This document shows positions 18,917 through 29,422 of a DNA stretch of 64,000 nucleotides, in pieces. This stretch comes from Candidatus Latescibacterota bacterium (lineage in GTDB: Bacteria > Latescibacterota > UBA2968), in the NCBI GenBank assembly GCA_965207885.1, contig OZ242311.1, forward strand, positions 1,824,001 to 1,888,000. Reading direction: 5' to 3'. The notes under the pieces are model-generated. The model had not been told where the DNA came from. It did no database searches and saw only the letters and a program-made list of their open reading frames with translations. Position numbers and translations under genes: made by a program. Every line of letters starts with the position of its first letter. Within the stretch, counting starts at the first letter, position 1.

Positions 18917-21900
18917 ATGCCCAGCATACCCTGGCGGCCCAGAGTCATCCTCCCCGGCCGCAGCTTCCGCCTGCCCGTCCAGGCAACTGACGACAACATC
19001 GCCCTCGCATCCGACCACTTTGAAACCATCGCCACCCGATGGTGCGAGCGGGACACCGCGCGCTACTACTACCTGCGATCCCCTCAAAAACAGGGCGACT
19101 ACACCCTCATCGCAACGCACAACGGCAACACCGAGGAAACCACCATCCAGGTCCGCACCCTGGACAACCTGCACCAGCCCCACACCTACAACGGCGCACA
19201 ATGGCCCCGCCGATGGCCTCTGGGACAAAACTACCACCCCACCAAAAACCGACAAACGCTACAAAACGACCCCAAATCAGAACACCTCAACGAAGAAACC
19301 CTCGCCTGGTGGTCATCCCAACCCGACCATATCCTCTGGTCACAACTACCGCCCGCAGAACTGCCCAAAGCGCACTTTGCCAACTGCCATCAGGGCTGTC
19401 CAAACTGCGGCACCGCCATCTTCAAATACAGCGGCTTCTATCCCTGGGAACGCAACCACCTGCCCTGCGATTTCAAATCGCAATGCCCCAACTGCGCTTC
19501 AATCTATCCCAGCAACAACCTCACAAAAGAAGACTATATCTCCGGCGATCATGCAGACGACGGATACGGCTACTTCGACGCAGAGGGCCACATCTACCTC
19601 TTTGCCGCCACCTATCACCGCGACCAGTGCCGCGCCTATCACGTCGGCATCAACGCACTCACAGACAGCCTGCGCACAGGCGACCTCGACGAAGAACGCA
19701 CCCGCAAACTCGGCCTCATGCTCCTGCGCTACGCCACAGAAGAACTCTACCTCGCCGCAGTCCCCCAGTTCCGCTATGGACCCTCAAAAAGCGTAGAAGA
19801 ACCCTGGGATTGGGGACAGCCGGACTGGGCAGAAGAAACCGACCCCGTTGCCGCCCTGAGCAGAAAAGGCACCATCCGCTACAGCATCGACACCCCCTAC
19901 CTCATCGAAAGTCTCGCCCTCGCCTATGACACGGCCTGGCCCCTCCTGAGAGAAGATGAGGAACTCGTCGAACGCGCACGGGCATTCGGCCTATCCCTGC
20001 AAAGTCCCGAAGACACCTGTCTGTTCATCGAAGAAATGCTCGCCGCCCTCCTGCAGGTCACCCTGGATCGAGGTGCAGGCAGCAACCTGCCGCGCGAAAG
20101 CCAGGGCGTCCTCATACTCTTGCGCTGCCTGGACCGCGCCGACGCCCGGGACGTCATGGACTGGGTCTATGACGAAGGTCCCGACACCCTGCGCGTCTTC
20201 AGCACCAATGACATCTTGCCCGACGGCACCCCCCAGGAAGCCACGGGCGGGTACAACGCCATCCACAGCGACGGCCTCTTCGACCTGGAATACCACCTCC
20301 GCAATCTCCGCACCCAGCAACCCGACGCCTACCCCGAATCTCTGTACCCCTCGCTATTCAAAGACCCGCGAGGCGCGCGCGTCCCACAGGCACTGTGCGA
20401 AATCATCATGATCGGAAAATCCTACTTCCAATTCGGCGACGGCTCTGCCCCCGGTTCTGCTGGCATCCAGGCAGAAGACTCAATCCGCCTGGAAAACGAC
20501 CTCTATCACGCGCCCATGAACGCCAGCGTACTGGAACGCGCCACAACCTTCACCAACGACCCACACATCAAAGAAATCCAATCCACCGTACAGAACAAAC
20601 AGCACCGCGCACTCGGTTCAACCATCCTCGACAGCGTCGGCATTGCCATCTTGCGCACACCCGAAGCCCCCGAACGGGCCGCCGTAGGCATAGCTTATGG
20701 CGACACCATGCACCACCGCCATCGAGACCTCCTGGACGTCCAGCTCTTCGCCTTTGACCGTCCCTTTCTCACAGACCTCGGCTATCCCCAATCCTGGGCA
20801 AGCACATCGCCCTGGGAAGCCCATTGGGCGACCCACAACACCGTCTGGGCAGACCTGCCATCTGGCGAACCCACCAGCGCAGGCCGTGGCCGCCTCGTAC
20901 GCGCCCTCTTTACCGACGGCATCCAGATCCTGGACATCGAGGCCCACCGCTGGACACTCGACCCATCGGACGGATGGTGCAAAGTCGATATCATCTTCCG
21001 CCGCCTCATCGCCCTGATCGAAACCGACGGCGAAGGCATCGCCCTCCTCGACCTCTCGCGCATCGCGGGCGGCGCAGAACACTGGCGCACCTGTCGCGGC
21101 CTGGAAGGCATATTCCAAACCGACAACGCGGACCTCAAACCCCAACCCGGCACAGTCGCTGGCCCAAACATCCCACGCACCCAAACAGACATTTTACCCC
21201 ATCCAGACCACACCGCCCTCGCGTACATGGACAACGTAACAACCGCCCAGGCGCCGCAGGCTTTCCATGGCACCTGGCAATCGCAAATCGAGCCAGCCGT
21301 ACACCTGGACCTCCATCAACTCAACATTTCTCCAAACACCCAGGTCCTCAACACCCGTGCGGCACAGGCCATGGGAACACCCGAAGAATCCAATTACCTC
21401 TACCACCCCGTAATCTGGCGTCGCACACCCGACAACGACAGCACCTGCATCGACCTCGTCTTCGAACCCCGCCTCGGCAACCCCACCCTCGCCAGCACCA
21501 CAGCCATACCATCGAACAACCCCACAGCCTCGGGCATCCACCTCACCACCGCACAGGGCAAACAAATCGCCCTGTACTGGGCACCCAATGCCAGCCCGAA
21601 TGACAAAACCCAATTCGAAAACGGCGTCGTCCTCACAGGTGCCCTCGCAGTCGTCGCAGACGGTCAAATCTCAACCATGGGCGCAACCGCCTTTCAAACC
21701 GCGGCAACAACCCTCACAAATCCCCGCGCACAACAAACTGGCCGAATCATCGCCCTCAACCGGGACACCTGCACCATCGACGTCGAGGATATAGAAGACA
21801 TCGCCGAGGGCGACCGCATCACCATCAACCCGGACGGCCGCGCACACAGCTACAACATCGAAGCCGCAGAACAACTCGACATCCACATCCACCGCCTCAC

Positions 21901-22216
21901 CCTGGACGTCACCTCAATCCTGGGACGCGCAAAAATCATCGCCATCAAAGACAACAAAATCGACCTCGGTTTTCACATCATGGCCAAATCCGGCAACCTC
22001 CACGGCACGCGACTACAAACTGAAACCAGCGACGACTGGACCGTCATAGCAAACGCTCAAAACGCGAGCACCTGGCCCCCCGGAAAAATACGCACCACCA
22101 TCTACCTTGACCCGAACAATAACAAACTTCAGAACCTATCGCCAGGCACCTGGGTACAGGCCGTCGATTACGCAATTGGCGACACAGTCCTCTTTGAACC
22201 CCTGTGCAGGGGATAG
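18917..22216 (+). CDS. Large heparinase II/III-like protein
   Basis: LPDG..QE..GGY, GD, HRHRDLL...FLTDLGYP, HNTV motifs; N-terminal CxxC pairs. Confidence 0.7.
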   Translation: MPSIPWRPRVILPGRSFRLPVQATDDNIALASDHFETIATRWCERDTARYYYLRSPQKQGDYTLIATHNGNTEETTIQVRTLDNLHQPHTYNGAQWPRRWPLGQNYHPTKNRQTLQNDPKSEHLNEETLAWWSSQPDHILWSQLPPAELPKAHFANCHQGCPNCGTAIFKYSGFYPWERNHLPCDFKSQCPNCASIYPSNNLTKEDYISGDHADDGYGYFDAEGHIYLFAATYHRDQCRAYHVGINALTDSLRTGDLDEERTRKLGLMLLRYATEELYLAAVPQFRYGPSKSVEEPWDWGQPDWAEETDPVAALSRKGTIRYSIDTPYLIESLALAYDTAWPLLREDEELVERARAFGLSLQSPEDTCLFIEEMLAALLQVTLDRGAGSNLPRESQGVLILLRCLDRADARDVMDWVYDEGPDTLRVFSTNDILPDGTPQEATGGYNAIHSDGLFDLEYHLRNLRTQQPDAYPESLYPSLFKDPRGARVPQALCEIIMIGKSYFQFGDGSAPGSAGIQAEDSIRLENDLYHAPMNASVLERATTFTNDPHIKEIQSTVQNKQHRALGSTILDSVGIAILRTPEAPERAAVGIAYGDTMHHRHRDLLDVQLFAFDRPFLTDLGYPQSWASTSPWEAHWATHNTVWADLPSGEPTSAGRGRLVRALFTDGIQILDIEAHRWTLDPSDGWCKVDIIFRRLIALIETDGEGIALLDLSRIAGGAEHWRTCRGLEGIFQTDNADLKPQPGTVAGPNIPRTQTDILPHPDHTALAYMDNVTTAQAPQAFHGTWQSQIEPAVHLDLHQLNISPNTQVLNTRAAQAMGTPEESNYLYHPVIWRRTPDNDSTCIDLVFEPRLGNPTLASTTAIPSNNPTASGIHLTTAQGKQIALYWAPNASPNDKTQFENGVVLTGALAVVADGQISTMGATAFQTAATTLTNPRAQQTGRIIALNRDTCTIDVEDIEDIAEGDRITINPDGRAHSYNIEAAEQLDIHIHRLTLDVTSILGRAKIIAIKDNKIDLGFHIMAKSGNLHGTRLQTETSDDWTVIANAQNASTWPPGKIRTTIYLDPNNNKLQNLSPGTWVQAVDYAIGDTVLFEPLCRG

Positions 22217-22272
22217 TGGACATTCTTCCGCCATTTTTTATATTGATAACCCACAAAAAGAAAGGAATCGCA

Positions 22273-23010
22273 ATGGCCGTTGCAACACTACCCCTAACAG
22301 AAAATCAGATTGACCAATACCATCGAGACGGTTTCTTGCTGGCCTCGGGATTGATTCCCGAGGCTATTGCACGCACGGGTGAAGCCACAATGTGGGAAGT
22401 CATGGGCATGGACCCTCACGCCCCGGAAACCTGGAACAACTATTCAGACGAAGCGATTGCATCCACGCTACAGGCCGGATTCAAACCCCGATCGAAATTA
22501 TTCCAACACTTCGACAATCAACACCCCGACCTCCTCGCCTGTTACACACCCGAAATGATGGCAGCAATGGCGCAATTAACCGGCGAAAGTGTAGATCTCT
22601 TTCATCCACCAGACGGCACACTCATACAAAACATCTTTCCCTCAGATGAAGAATGGGCGTGGCAAGGGGCGCATTTTGACGGTGGCGTAAAAGCCAAAAT
22701 GCACAAAACACTCCCCGGCCCATTCATCATCAACTCCATCATATATCTCAACGACATTAAAAAACACGGCGGAGGAACAGTTGCGTGGCCCGGATCTCAC
22801 AAACCCATTCGCGTACTGGCAGAGTCCGATCCCGAGAAATACGAATACATGTGGCAGCTAAAACAGGACCTGCACACCGTCGATATCGGCGGCCCCGTAG
22901 AACTGGAGCCAAAATGCGGCGACATACTATTCTTCGCCCACTTCTGCGTCCACGCCGCCACCAATAACGTGCGCGACACGCCCCGCCTGGCACTGCGAAG
23001 CCGGTGGTAA
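22273..23010 (+). CDS. PhyH-family Fe/2OG dioxygenase
   Basis: YHRDGF, HFD, GGGT..WPGSH, VHA, PR.ALR. Confidence 0.9.
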   Translation: MAVATLPLTENQIDQYHRDGFLLASGLIPEAIARTGEATMWEVMGMDPHAPETWNNYSDEAIASTLQAGFKPRSKLFQHFDNQHPDLLACYTPEMMAAMAQLTGESVDLFHPPDGTLIQNIFPSDEEWAWQGAHFDGGVKAKMHKTLPGPFIINSIIYLNDIKKHGGGTVAWPGSHKPIRVLAESDPEKYEYMWQLKQDLHTVDIGGPVELEPKCGDILFFAHFCVHAATNNVRDTPRLALRSRW

Positions 23011-23023
23011 ATGGAGATCTCAA

Positions 23024-24994
23024 TTGGCTCTTTCTTCTGCTCAGGAGGCAATACATCCAGCAACTGAACCGAAGCTGATATCGTGGAAAGTCGTAGTCGC
23101 GGGCCTCCTATTAATTGTCGCATCGGACTACTACATCAACTGGTCCACCGTGATCTTGCGGGCGTCGAAGAACAACAAAGCACTATTCCCGATGGGACTG
23201 TTCTTCCCATTTGTGATGCTGGTAGGTACCAACCTGCTACTCAGATGGGTAAAACCGCGGTGGGCATTAAACCGGGGACAATTGTGCGTCGCCCTGGGCA
23301 TGGGATTGATCGGATCCCTATTCCCATTCTATGGCCTGGCATCCTACGTAGTCGGCACCATTGCCGCGCCCTATTATTTTGCCACCCCGGAAAACGGCTG
23401 GGCAGAACTGCTGCACCCCAACATGGTCTCCTGGCTGATCATGAACAACGAAGACAAAGCCGTGACCTATTTCTACGACGGCTTGCCCCCGGGCCAGCCC
23501 ATACCCTGGGGATCCTGGGCTGTACCTGTATTCTGGTGGATGACCTTTGTGGCCGCAGCGGCATGCGTGGCCCTCTGCCTGATGGTAATACTGCGAAAAC
23601 AGTGGGTGGAAAACGAACGCCTGGAATTTCCGCTCATGGAAGTGGGTATGCAAGTGGCTCAGGTAGATAAGCGCAATGGGGGAACACCCTCCTTGCTCAA
23701 CCAGCCGCTCTTTCGCGTGGGTTTCTGGGTCGGGATATTTGCAGTCTTCTGGAACATCATCTCGTACTTTTACCCCTTAATACCGGGGCTGCCAACCACG
23801 CACACCGAAGGCCAGTGGTTCCGCTGGCTGGAAGGCGCCAAACCCTTCTGGGTACAAATCAGCATTTACGTCATAGGCTTTGCCTATTTTGCGCGGGTCG
23901 AAACCCTGTTCAGCTTCTGGCTATTCTTTCTCTTCACGGAAACAGAAGTCGCGACATTCGACCGCCTGGGCATCGCGGCAGGGCACGGAGGTGGCGAAGC
24001 CGTGCGGTCACAAAATTTCGGAGTACTATGCGCCTATGTCATGTTCGGGCTATGGATGGCGCGGGGACATCTGAAAGCCGTATTTCGGAAAGTCTTCAAA
24101 GGAGCCTCCGATGTAGATGATTCTCAAGAAGCAATGTCCTACCGCGCGGCGGTAATCGCCCTCGTCGCATCCCTCCTGTACATGGTAGCCTGGTTGCATG
24201 TGGCGGGCATGGAAATCCGGGTCGTCGTCCTGTACCTGTTTTTCACCGCAGTCGCCTACATCGGAATGGCCCGATTCGCCGCGGAACTGGGACTGCCTTA
24301 TGGAGATATAGCCTACCACTCAATAACCTGGACCCCGCTCCACATCATGGGCGGGCAAACAGTAACCGCATCCACATTGACATGCCAGGGCTATCTCTGG
24401 GCCATGTTCGGAAAAACCCGGGGATTTCTGGGACCGCCAATCGCGCAAATGCTGAAATTGACCACACCATTGCGGGTCGAGCGGGGACGCCTGTTCGGCG
24501 TAATCGTCCTCGCCGTCGTAGCAGGTGCCACATTTGCAATACTCCACGCCATATACATGGGCTATTCCTCCGGCGGCTTCAACCTCAGAGCCGCGTGGAA
24601 CCTGTTGATCGGACCACAGCGGTCCTACGACGCATCCGTAACCTGGATCCGCAACCCGGAAGCGCCCGATGTAGAGCGCATGTTATTCATGGGATCTGGC
24701 GTATTAATCACAGCCGTACTCACCTATATGAAATACCGCTTCGTACACCTGCCTCTCCATCCCGTAGCCCTCATGCTACAGGGCACCTATATGGCGCAGA
24801 AAACCGTATTCTCGGTATTTCTCATCTGGATCTACAAAGCGACCATACTGAAAATCGGTGGCGTGCGCCTCTACAGAAAAGGACAGCCGTTTTTCATCGG
24901 CCTGCTAATCGGATATGCCATAGCGACATTCTTATCCTGCGTGATAGACAGCATCTTCTTCTTTGGACAGGGACACCTGGTACACGGATTTTAG
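23024..24994 (+). CDS. Polytopic membrane protein, DUF6785/DUF6784-like (putative transporter)
   Basis: Many hydrophobic segments; YFATPENGW, W..W.VP, LRKQWVENERL.FPL, LPLHP, GG..LYRK..PFF.GL motifs. Confidence 0.75.
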   Translation: MALSSAQEAIHPATEPKLISWKVVVAGLLLIVASDYYINWSTVILRASKNNKALFPMGLFFPFVMLVGTNLLLRWVKPRWALNRGQLCVALGMGLIGSLFPFYGLASYVVGTIAAPYYFATPENGWAELLHPNMVSWLIMNNEDKAVTYFYDGLPPGQPIPWGSWAVPVFWWMTFVAAAACVALCLMVILRKQWVENERLEFPLMEVGMQVAQVDKRNGGTPSLLNQPLFRVGFWVGIFAVFWNIISYFYPLIPGLPTTHTEGQWFRWLEGAKPFWVQISIYVIGFAYFARVETLFSFWLFFLFTETEVATFDRLGIAAGHGGGEAVRSQNFGVLCAYVMFGLWMARGHLKAVFRKVFKGASDVDDSQEAMSYRAAVIALVASLLYMVAWLHVAGMEIRVVVLYLFFTAVAYIGMARFAAELGLPYGDIAYHSITWTPLHIMGGQTVTASTLTCQGYLWAMFGKTRGFLGPPIAQMLKLTTPLRVERGRLFGVIVLAVVAGATFAILHAIYMGYSSGGFNLRAAWNLLIGPQRSYDASVTWIRNPEAPDVERMLFMGSGVLITAVLTYMKYRFVHLPLHPVALMLQGTYMAQKTVFSVFLIWIYKATILKIGGVRLYRKGQPFFIGLLIGYAIATFLSCVIDSIFFFGQGHLVHGF

Positions 24995-25006
24995 AGGAGT
25001 CATTTA

Positions 25007-25954
25007 ATGGCAACAGTTGACACCAGAACACATGGCTTAACCGCGGAAGAGCGCGAGGCTTACGCAAAAGACGGATTCTTCATTCGACCAAAAGCCTTCG
25101 ATACGTATGAGATTGACGCACTGCGCGACAGAATCGAAGACCTCGTAGAACTCATCGAAACCTCCGACGTATTGCCAGAAAAACAGAAACAAGCAATTCT
25201 GAAACACAACGTCGGAACCAAAGCGACTTCTGGGCCTGCATCGTTAAACAGCATAACGCGACTTCACAGGTTCAGCGCACTGGTGCGATCCCACATCCGC
25301 GACCCGAGGCGACTGGATGCAGTCACACAGATCGCAGGATCGGATCTATTTTGTCCCAACGACCTGTACTTCTTCAAACCTCCGGGCACCGGACGGCCCA
25401 TCGCGTGGCATCAGGACTCCTGGTACTTCCGAAACACGTACGTCAGCAGCATAGGCGACGCCATAGAGCAAGCCTCCATAGGAACCTGGCTGGCGCTGGA
25501 TGAGGCAGATGAAGAAAACGGATGCCTGTGGGTAATCCCCGGCAGCCACCGCCTGGGCGTAGTAGATCACAGCCAGGTCGAAAGCGATGAGTACTTATTG
25601 CAAAAAAGATTGACCGTATCCGACGAAATGGAAGAACGAGCAATACCAGTAGAAGTGCCAAAAGGCGCCCTCGTATTTTTCAACAATGCCCTATTTCACC
25701 GCAGCACCCCCAACAGATCAGATCGGTTTCGGCGTGCCTATATCGTACACTATATGAAAGCGACCATTCAGCACACCAACACCAGGAACAGGCAAAGGAT
25801 AGACGAAGAGACGAAACACTGGGGCACAACTGAGATGTACATCTGCGGCGTGCCCGGATCAATACAGACAACACCCGAAAAAGAAAGCATGAACTGGGAC
25901 AGTGCCCTGGGCCGAACACTGACAGAAGACGACATTCGGATAAAAAGGAAATAA
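25007..25954 (+). CDS. PhyH-family Fe/2OG dioxygenase
   Basis: FKPP, WHQD, ENGCL.VIPGSH, FHRS..NRSDRFRR. Confidence 0.93.
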   Translation: MATVDTRTHGLTAEEREAYAKDGFFIRPKAFDTYEIDALRDRIEDLVELIETSDVLPEKQKQAILKHNVGTKATSGPASLNSITRLHRFSALVRSHIRDPRRLDAVTQIAGSDLFCPNDLYFFKPPGTGRPIAWHQDSWYFRNTYVSSIGDAIEQASIGTWLALDEADEENGCLWVIPGSHRLGVVDHSQVESDEYLLQKRLTVSDEMEERAIPVEVPKGALVFFNNALFHRSTPNRSDRFRRAYIVHYMKATIQHTNTRNRQRIDEETKHWGTTEMYICGVPGSIQTTPEKESMNWDSALGRTLTEDDIRIKRK

Positions 25955-25955
25955 A

Positions 25956-27422
25956 ATGCCAGATAAACGCCCCAACATCCTCTACATCATGACAGACGAC
26001 CATGGAACCGGCGCCCTGAGTTGCTACGGCAGCCAGATCAACCACACCCCCAACATGGACCGCATTGCCCACGGAGGGATGCGCCTGGACAATTGTTACG
26101 TAATCTACTCCTTGTGCTCGCCCAGCCGCGCCTCTATCTTAACCGGAAAATACGCACATCTCCACGGACAAACATCCATTGGTGGAAATATCTTTGACGG
26201 CACACAGCAAACATTCCCCCGCCTATTACAGGACGCGGGGTATCAAACCGCAATCATCGGAAAATGGCACCTGCACAGCATACCAACGGGATTTGATCAC
26301 TACAGCGTCATGTGGAATCAAGGCTCTTATTTTGACCCCAGATTTATCGAACCGGGCGAACACGGTCCCGTATGGAAAGAAAGCCGGGGATATTCGACAG
26401 ACCTGGTAACCGACAAATGCCTGGACTGGCTCAAAGGGCGAAACCCCGAAAAACCCTTTATGCTCCTGTGTCATTTTAAATCCCCCCATTACAACTGGGA
26501 GCCGGACGAAAAACACAAAACAATGTACCAGGATGAAACAATCCCCGAACCAGAGACATTTGACCACAACTTCGGAGACAGCCCGGTACCTCCCGAAGCA
26601 TTGCAAGTCAAGCTCGAAACCGTACATGAACAATGGAATATCACGCACTGGGACGCCATGCCCGAAGGATTATCCATGCAGCAGCAAAAACACAGAAACT
26701 ACCAGTACTTCATCAAAGACTACCTCCGCTGTGTGGCATCGGTAGATGATAATATCGGGCGGCTTCTCGACTACCTCGACGAACAAAACCTCGTCGAAAA
26801 TACAGTTGTAGCATATACCTCGGACAACGGGATGTTTCAGGGCGAACACGGCTGGGTAGATAAAAAAATGATGTACGAAGAAAGCCTGCGAGTTCCCTTC
26901 TTAATCCGGTACCCCAGAGAAATCGCAGCGGGAACCCACACAAATGACATGGTCATCAACCTCGACTATGCACCTACCTTTTTGGAATACGCCGGACAGC
27001 CCATCCCCGCAGACATCCAGGGACGAAGCCTGGTATCCCTCCTGCGAGGACACAAGCCGGACGATTGGCGAACCGCGTTCTACTACCAGCACTTTGACAT
27101 CCACCCCGACGGCGAACAGGCAAATTGCGGCGTACGCACCAAAAACTTCAAACTAATCTGGTACAACCACAACTACGACCACTACCAGCTCTTCGACACC
27201 CAAAAAGACCCCAGCGAAACCCGGGATGTATCCGAAGACCCCGAATACGCCTCAACAGTATCCGAAATGAAAGCCCTGCTGCAAAAAGAACGCGAAAAAG
27301 CGGGCCTGACAGACGAAATAGAACAACAAATCTTCAACAGCGATAACATACCTCAAACGCGTAAGCAAATGAACGCGTTACTACAAAAGATAGATGCCAA
27401 TACCACAAAGGAAAAACAATGA
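25956..27422 (+). CDS. Cys-type (S1) sulfatase
   Basis: PNILYIMTDD, CSPSRASILTG, GKWHL, SDNG, YEESLRVP. Confidence 0.95.
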   Translation: MPDKRPNILYIMTDDHGTGALSCYGSQINHTPNMDRIAHGGMRLDNCYVIYSLCSPSRASILTGKYAHLHGQTSIGGNIFDGTQQTFPRLLQDAGYQTAIIGKWHLHSIPTGFDHYSVMWNQGSYFDPRFIEPGEHGPVWKESRGYSTDLVTDKCLDWLKGRNPEKPFMLLCHFKSPHYNWEPDEKHKTMYQDETIPEPETFDHNFGDSPVPPEALQVKLETVHEQWNITHWDAMPEGLSMQQQKHRNYQYFIKDYLRCVASVDDNIGRLLDYLDEQNLVENTVVAYTSDNGMFQGEHGWVDKKMMYEESLRVPFLIRYPREIAAGTHTNDMVINLDYAPTFLEYAGQPIPADIQGRSLVSLLRGHKPDDWRTAFYYQHFDIHPDGEQANCGVRTKNFKLIWYNHNYDHYQLFDTQKDPSETRDVSEDPEYASTVSEMKALLQKEREKAGLTDEIEQQIFNSDNIPQTRKQMNALLQKIDANTTKEKQ

Positions 27423-29407
27423 AAAACGCAAAACTCCGCTACAGACAGGTACACCTGGACTTTCACACCTCTGAACACTGCCCAAATGTCGGTGGCAAAT
27501 TTGACGAAGACCAGTTCATCGGCGCCCTAAAAAAGGGACATGTCAATTCCATAACCATCTTTGCACAATGCCATCACGGCTGGTGTTATTACCCCACAAA
27601 AACGGATATGGAACATCCCAACCTGCAAACCGACCTCGTCGGACGCATGCTCGCCGCAGCCAAAAAAGCCGACATCAACATGCCCGTCTATATCACCGTA
27701 CAATGGCAGGAAAAAGCCGCACGCGAACACCCCGAATGGCGCGTGAGGCGACCCGACGGGAGCTATGTGGGACGGCCAACAATGCACCCCCATACCCCAC
27801 TGCCACACGGCGGATGGTATCGCCTGTGTTGCAACACGCCCTATCTGGACGCGAGTGTCTTGCCCGTATTGACAGAAGTAATGGACATGTACAATCCCTC
27901 TGGCATATTTCTCGACATCACCGGGGAAGAAATTTGCACCTGTGATTGGTGTATCGCCAGCATGCACGAAAAGGGACTCGACCCCGATAACGCTGGAGAT
28001 CGGATTATCCACTCACAAGATGTGTACAAAGACTATCTATCCAAAACCACGGACATCATCTGGAGCCGAAATCCCGACGCCACAATTTATCACAACGGAA
28101 GCGACAAAAAGGGGCGCCACGACCTCTACCCCTACTGGTCGCACCACGAAATTGAATCGCTGCCAACCGGCATGTGGGGATACAACCACTTCCCGACAAA
28201 CGCGCGCTACTTCACAAACCTGCCCGACTGCAACGCAATCGCACAAACGGGCAAATTCCATCGCATGTGGGGCGAATTTGGCGGCTTCAAAAATCCAGTC
28301 GCACTGGAATATGAAGTCGGACAAATCATCTCATTAAACTGCCGCTGTATGGTAGGCGATCAACTCCATCCAGAAGGTGAGATGGACGAAGAAACCTATC
28401 GCATCATAGGCGAGGCATACAAACGCGTTGAAGAACGCGAACCCTGGCTGGAAGGTGCCGAACACGTAGTAGATGTGGCGATCCTCGCACCCTCGGGAAT
28501 ACACAAAGACAGAGACCTGGAAGACAGCGAAGTCGGCGCCGGACTCATGCTCATGGAAAACCACATCCCATTCTTAATGCTCGACGAAACAATGGACCTA
28601 TCCCCCTACCAGCTATTAATTCTACCAGACAGCGTGCGCGTGGATAACGAACTAAAAGCAAAAATCGACACATTTCTGGCGGGCGGCGGCAAGCTCCTGT
28701 CATCTGGCGAAAGCGGCCTGGACCCCTCGGGAAAAGATTTTGTATATGACATCGGCGCAAATTATACCGGACCCTCGCCCAACGATATAGAATACGTAGT
28801 CGTCGGCGACACCATCGCCGCAAATTTGGTCCGCACCCCATTCCTCGTCTATGAATCCGGCGTAACCACAAAAGTGACAGACGGCGAAATACTCGCATCC
28901 GCTTGGAAACCGTATTTTAACCGCACATACGGAAAATTCTGCTCCCACCGAAACACCCCTTATGAAGGCGACGCGGGTTGGCCCTCTGTCATACGCAAAG
29001 GCAACATCATCCACATCGCACAACCCATCTTCAGAGTATATGACGACCAGGGCATGCAATTGCACCGCGACCTGGTAAAAAATTGCATTGACCTGCTCTA
29101 CGCCAACCCCTTATTGCAGGTCGGCCTGCCATCGTGCGGCCGCGTAAATCTAACCCGCCAACCCCAGGAAGGAAATCGGCTAATTTTGCATCTCATGTAC
29201 GCCAACCCCATCAAACGGGGCGATACAAATGTAATAGAAGACATTATCCCACTGTACGATATTCCGGTCTCATTAAAAGCGGACCGCGACATATCTCGCG
29301 TATATCTCGCACCCGAAAACGAGGACATTGAATTTGCAGTAGCAGACGGGCGCGTATCATTTACCGTGCCAAAAGTCGAAATGAATCAGATTGTGGTAAT
29401 TGAATAA
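27419..29407 (+). CDS. GH151-like alpha-L-fucosidase (GHL6 barrel plus trimerisation-like domain)
   Basis: RYRQVHLDFHTSE, FA.CHHG..YYPT, IFLDI, EIESLP, GKFH..WGEFGGFK, GDQLHP. Confidence 0.8.
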   Translation: MKNAKLRYRQVHLDFHTSEHCPNVGGKFDEDQFIGALKKGHVNSITIFAQCHHGWCYYPTKTDMEHPNLQTDLVGRMLAAAKKADINMPVYITVQWQEKAAREHPEWRVRRPDGSYVGRPTMHPHTPLPHGGWYRLCCNTPYLDASVLPVLTEVMDMYNPSGIFLDITGEEICTCDWCIASMHEKGLDPDNAGDRIIHSQDVYKDYLSKTTDIIWSRNPDATIYHNGSDKKGRHDLYPYWSHHEIESLPTGMWGYNHFPTNARYFTNLPDCNAIAQTGKFHRMWGEFGGFKNPVALEYEVGQIISLNCRCMVGDQLHPEGEMDEETYRIIGEAYKRVEEREPWLEGAEHVVDVAILAPSGIHKDRDLEDSEVGAGLMLMENHIPFLMLDETMDLSPYQLLILPDSVRVDNELKAKIDTFLAGGGKLLSSGESGLDPSGKDFVYDIGANYTGPSPNDIEYVVVGDTIAANLVRTPFLVYESGVTTKVTDGEILASAWKPYFNRTYGKFCSHRNTPYEGDAGWPSVIRKGNIIHIAQPIFRVYDDQGMQLHRDLVKNCIDLLYANPLLQVGLPSCGRVNLTRQPQEGNRLILHLMYANPIKRGDTNVIEDIIPLYDIPVSLKADRDISRVYLAPENEDIEFAVADGRVSFTVPKVEMNQIVVIE

Positions 29408-29422
29408 AAAAAGGAGGCTCTT

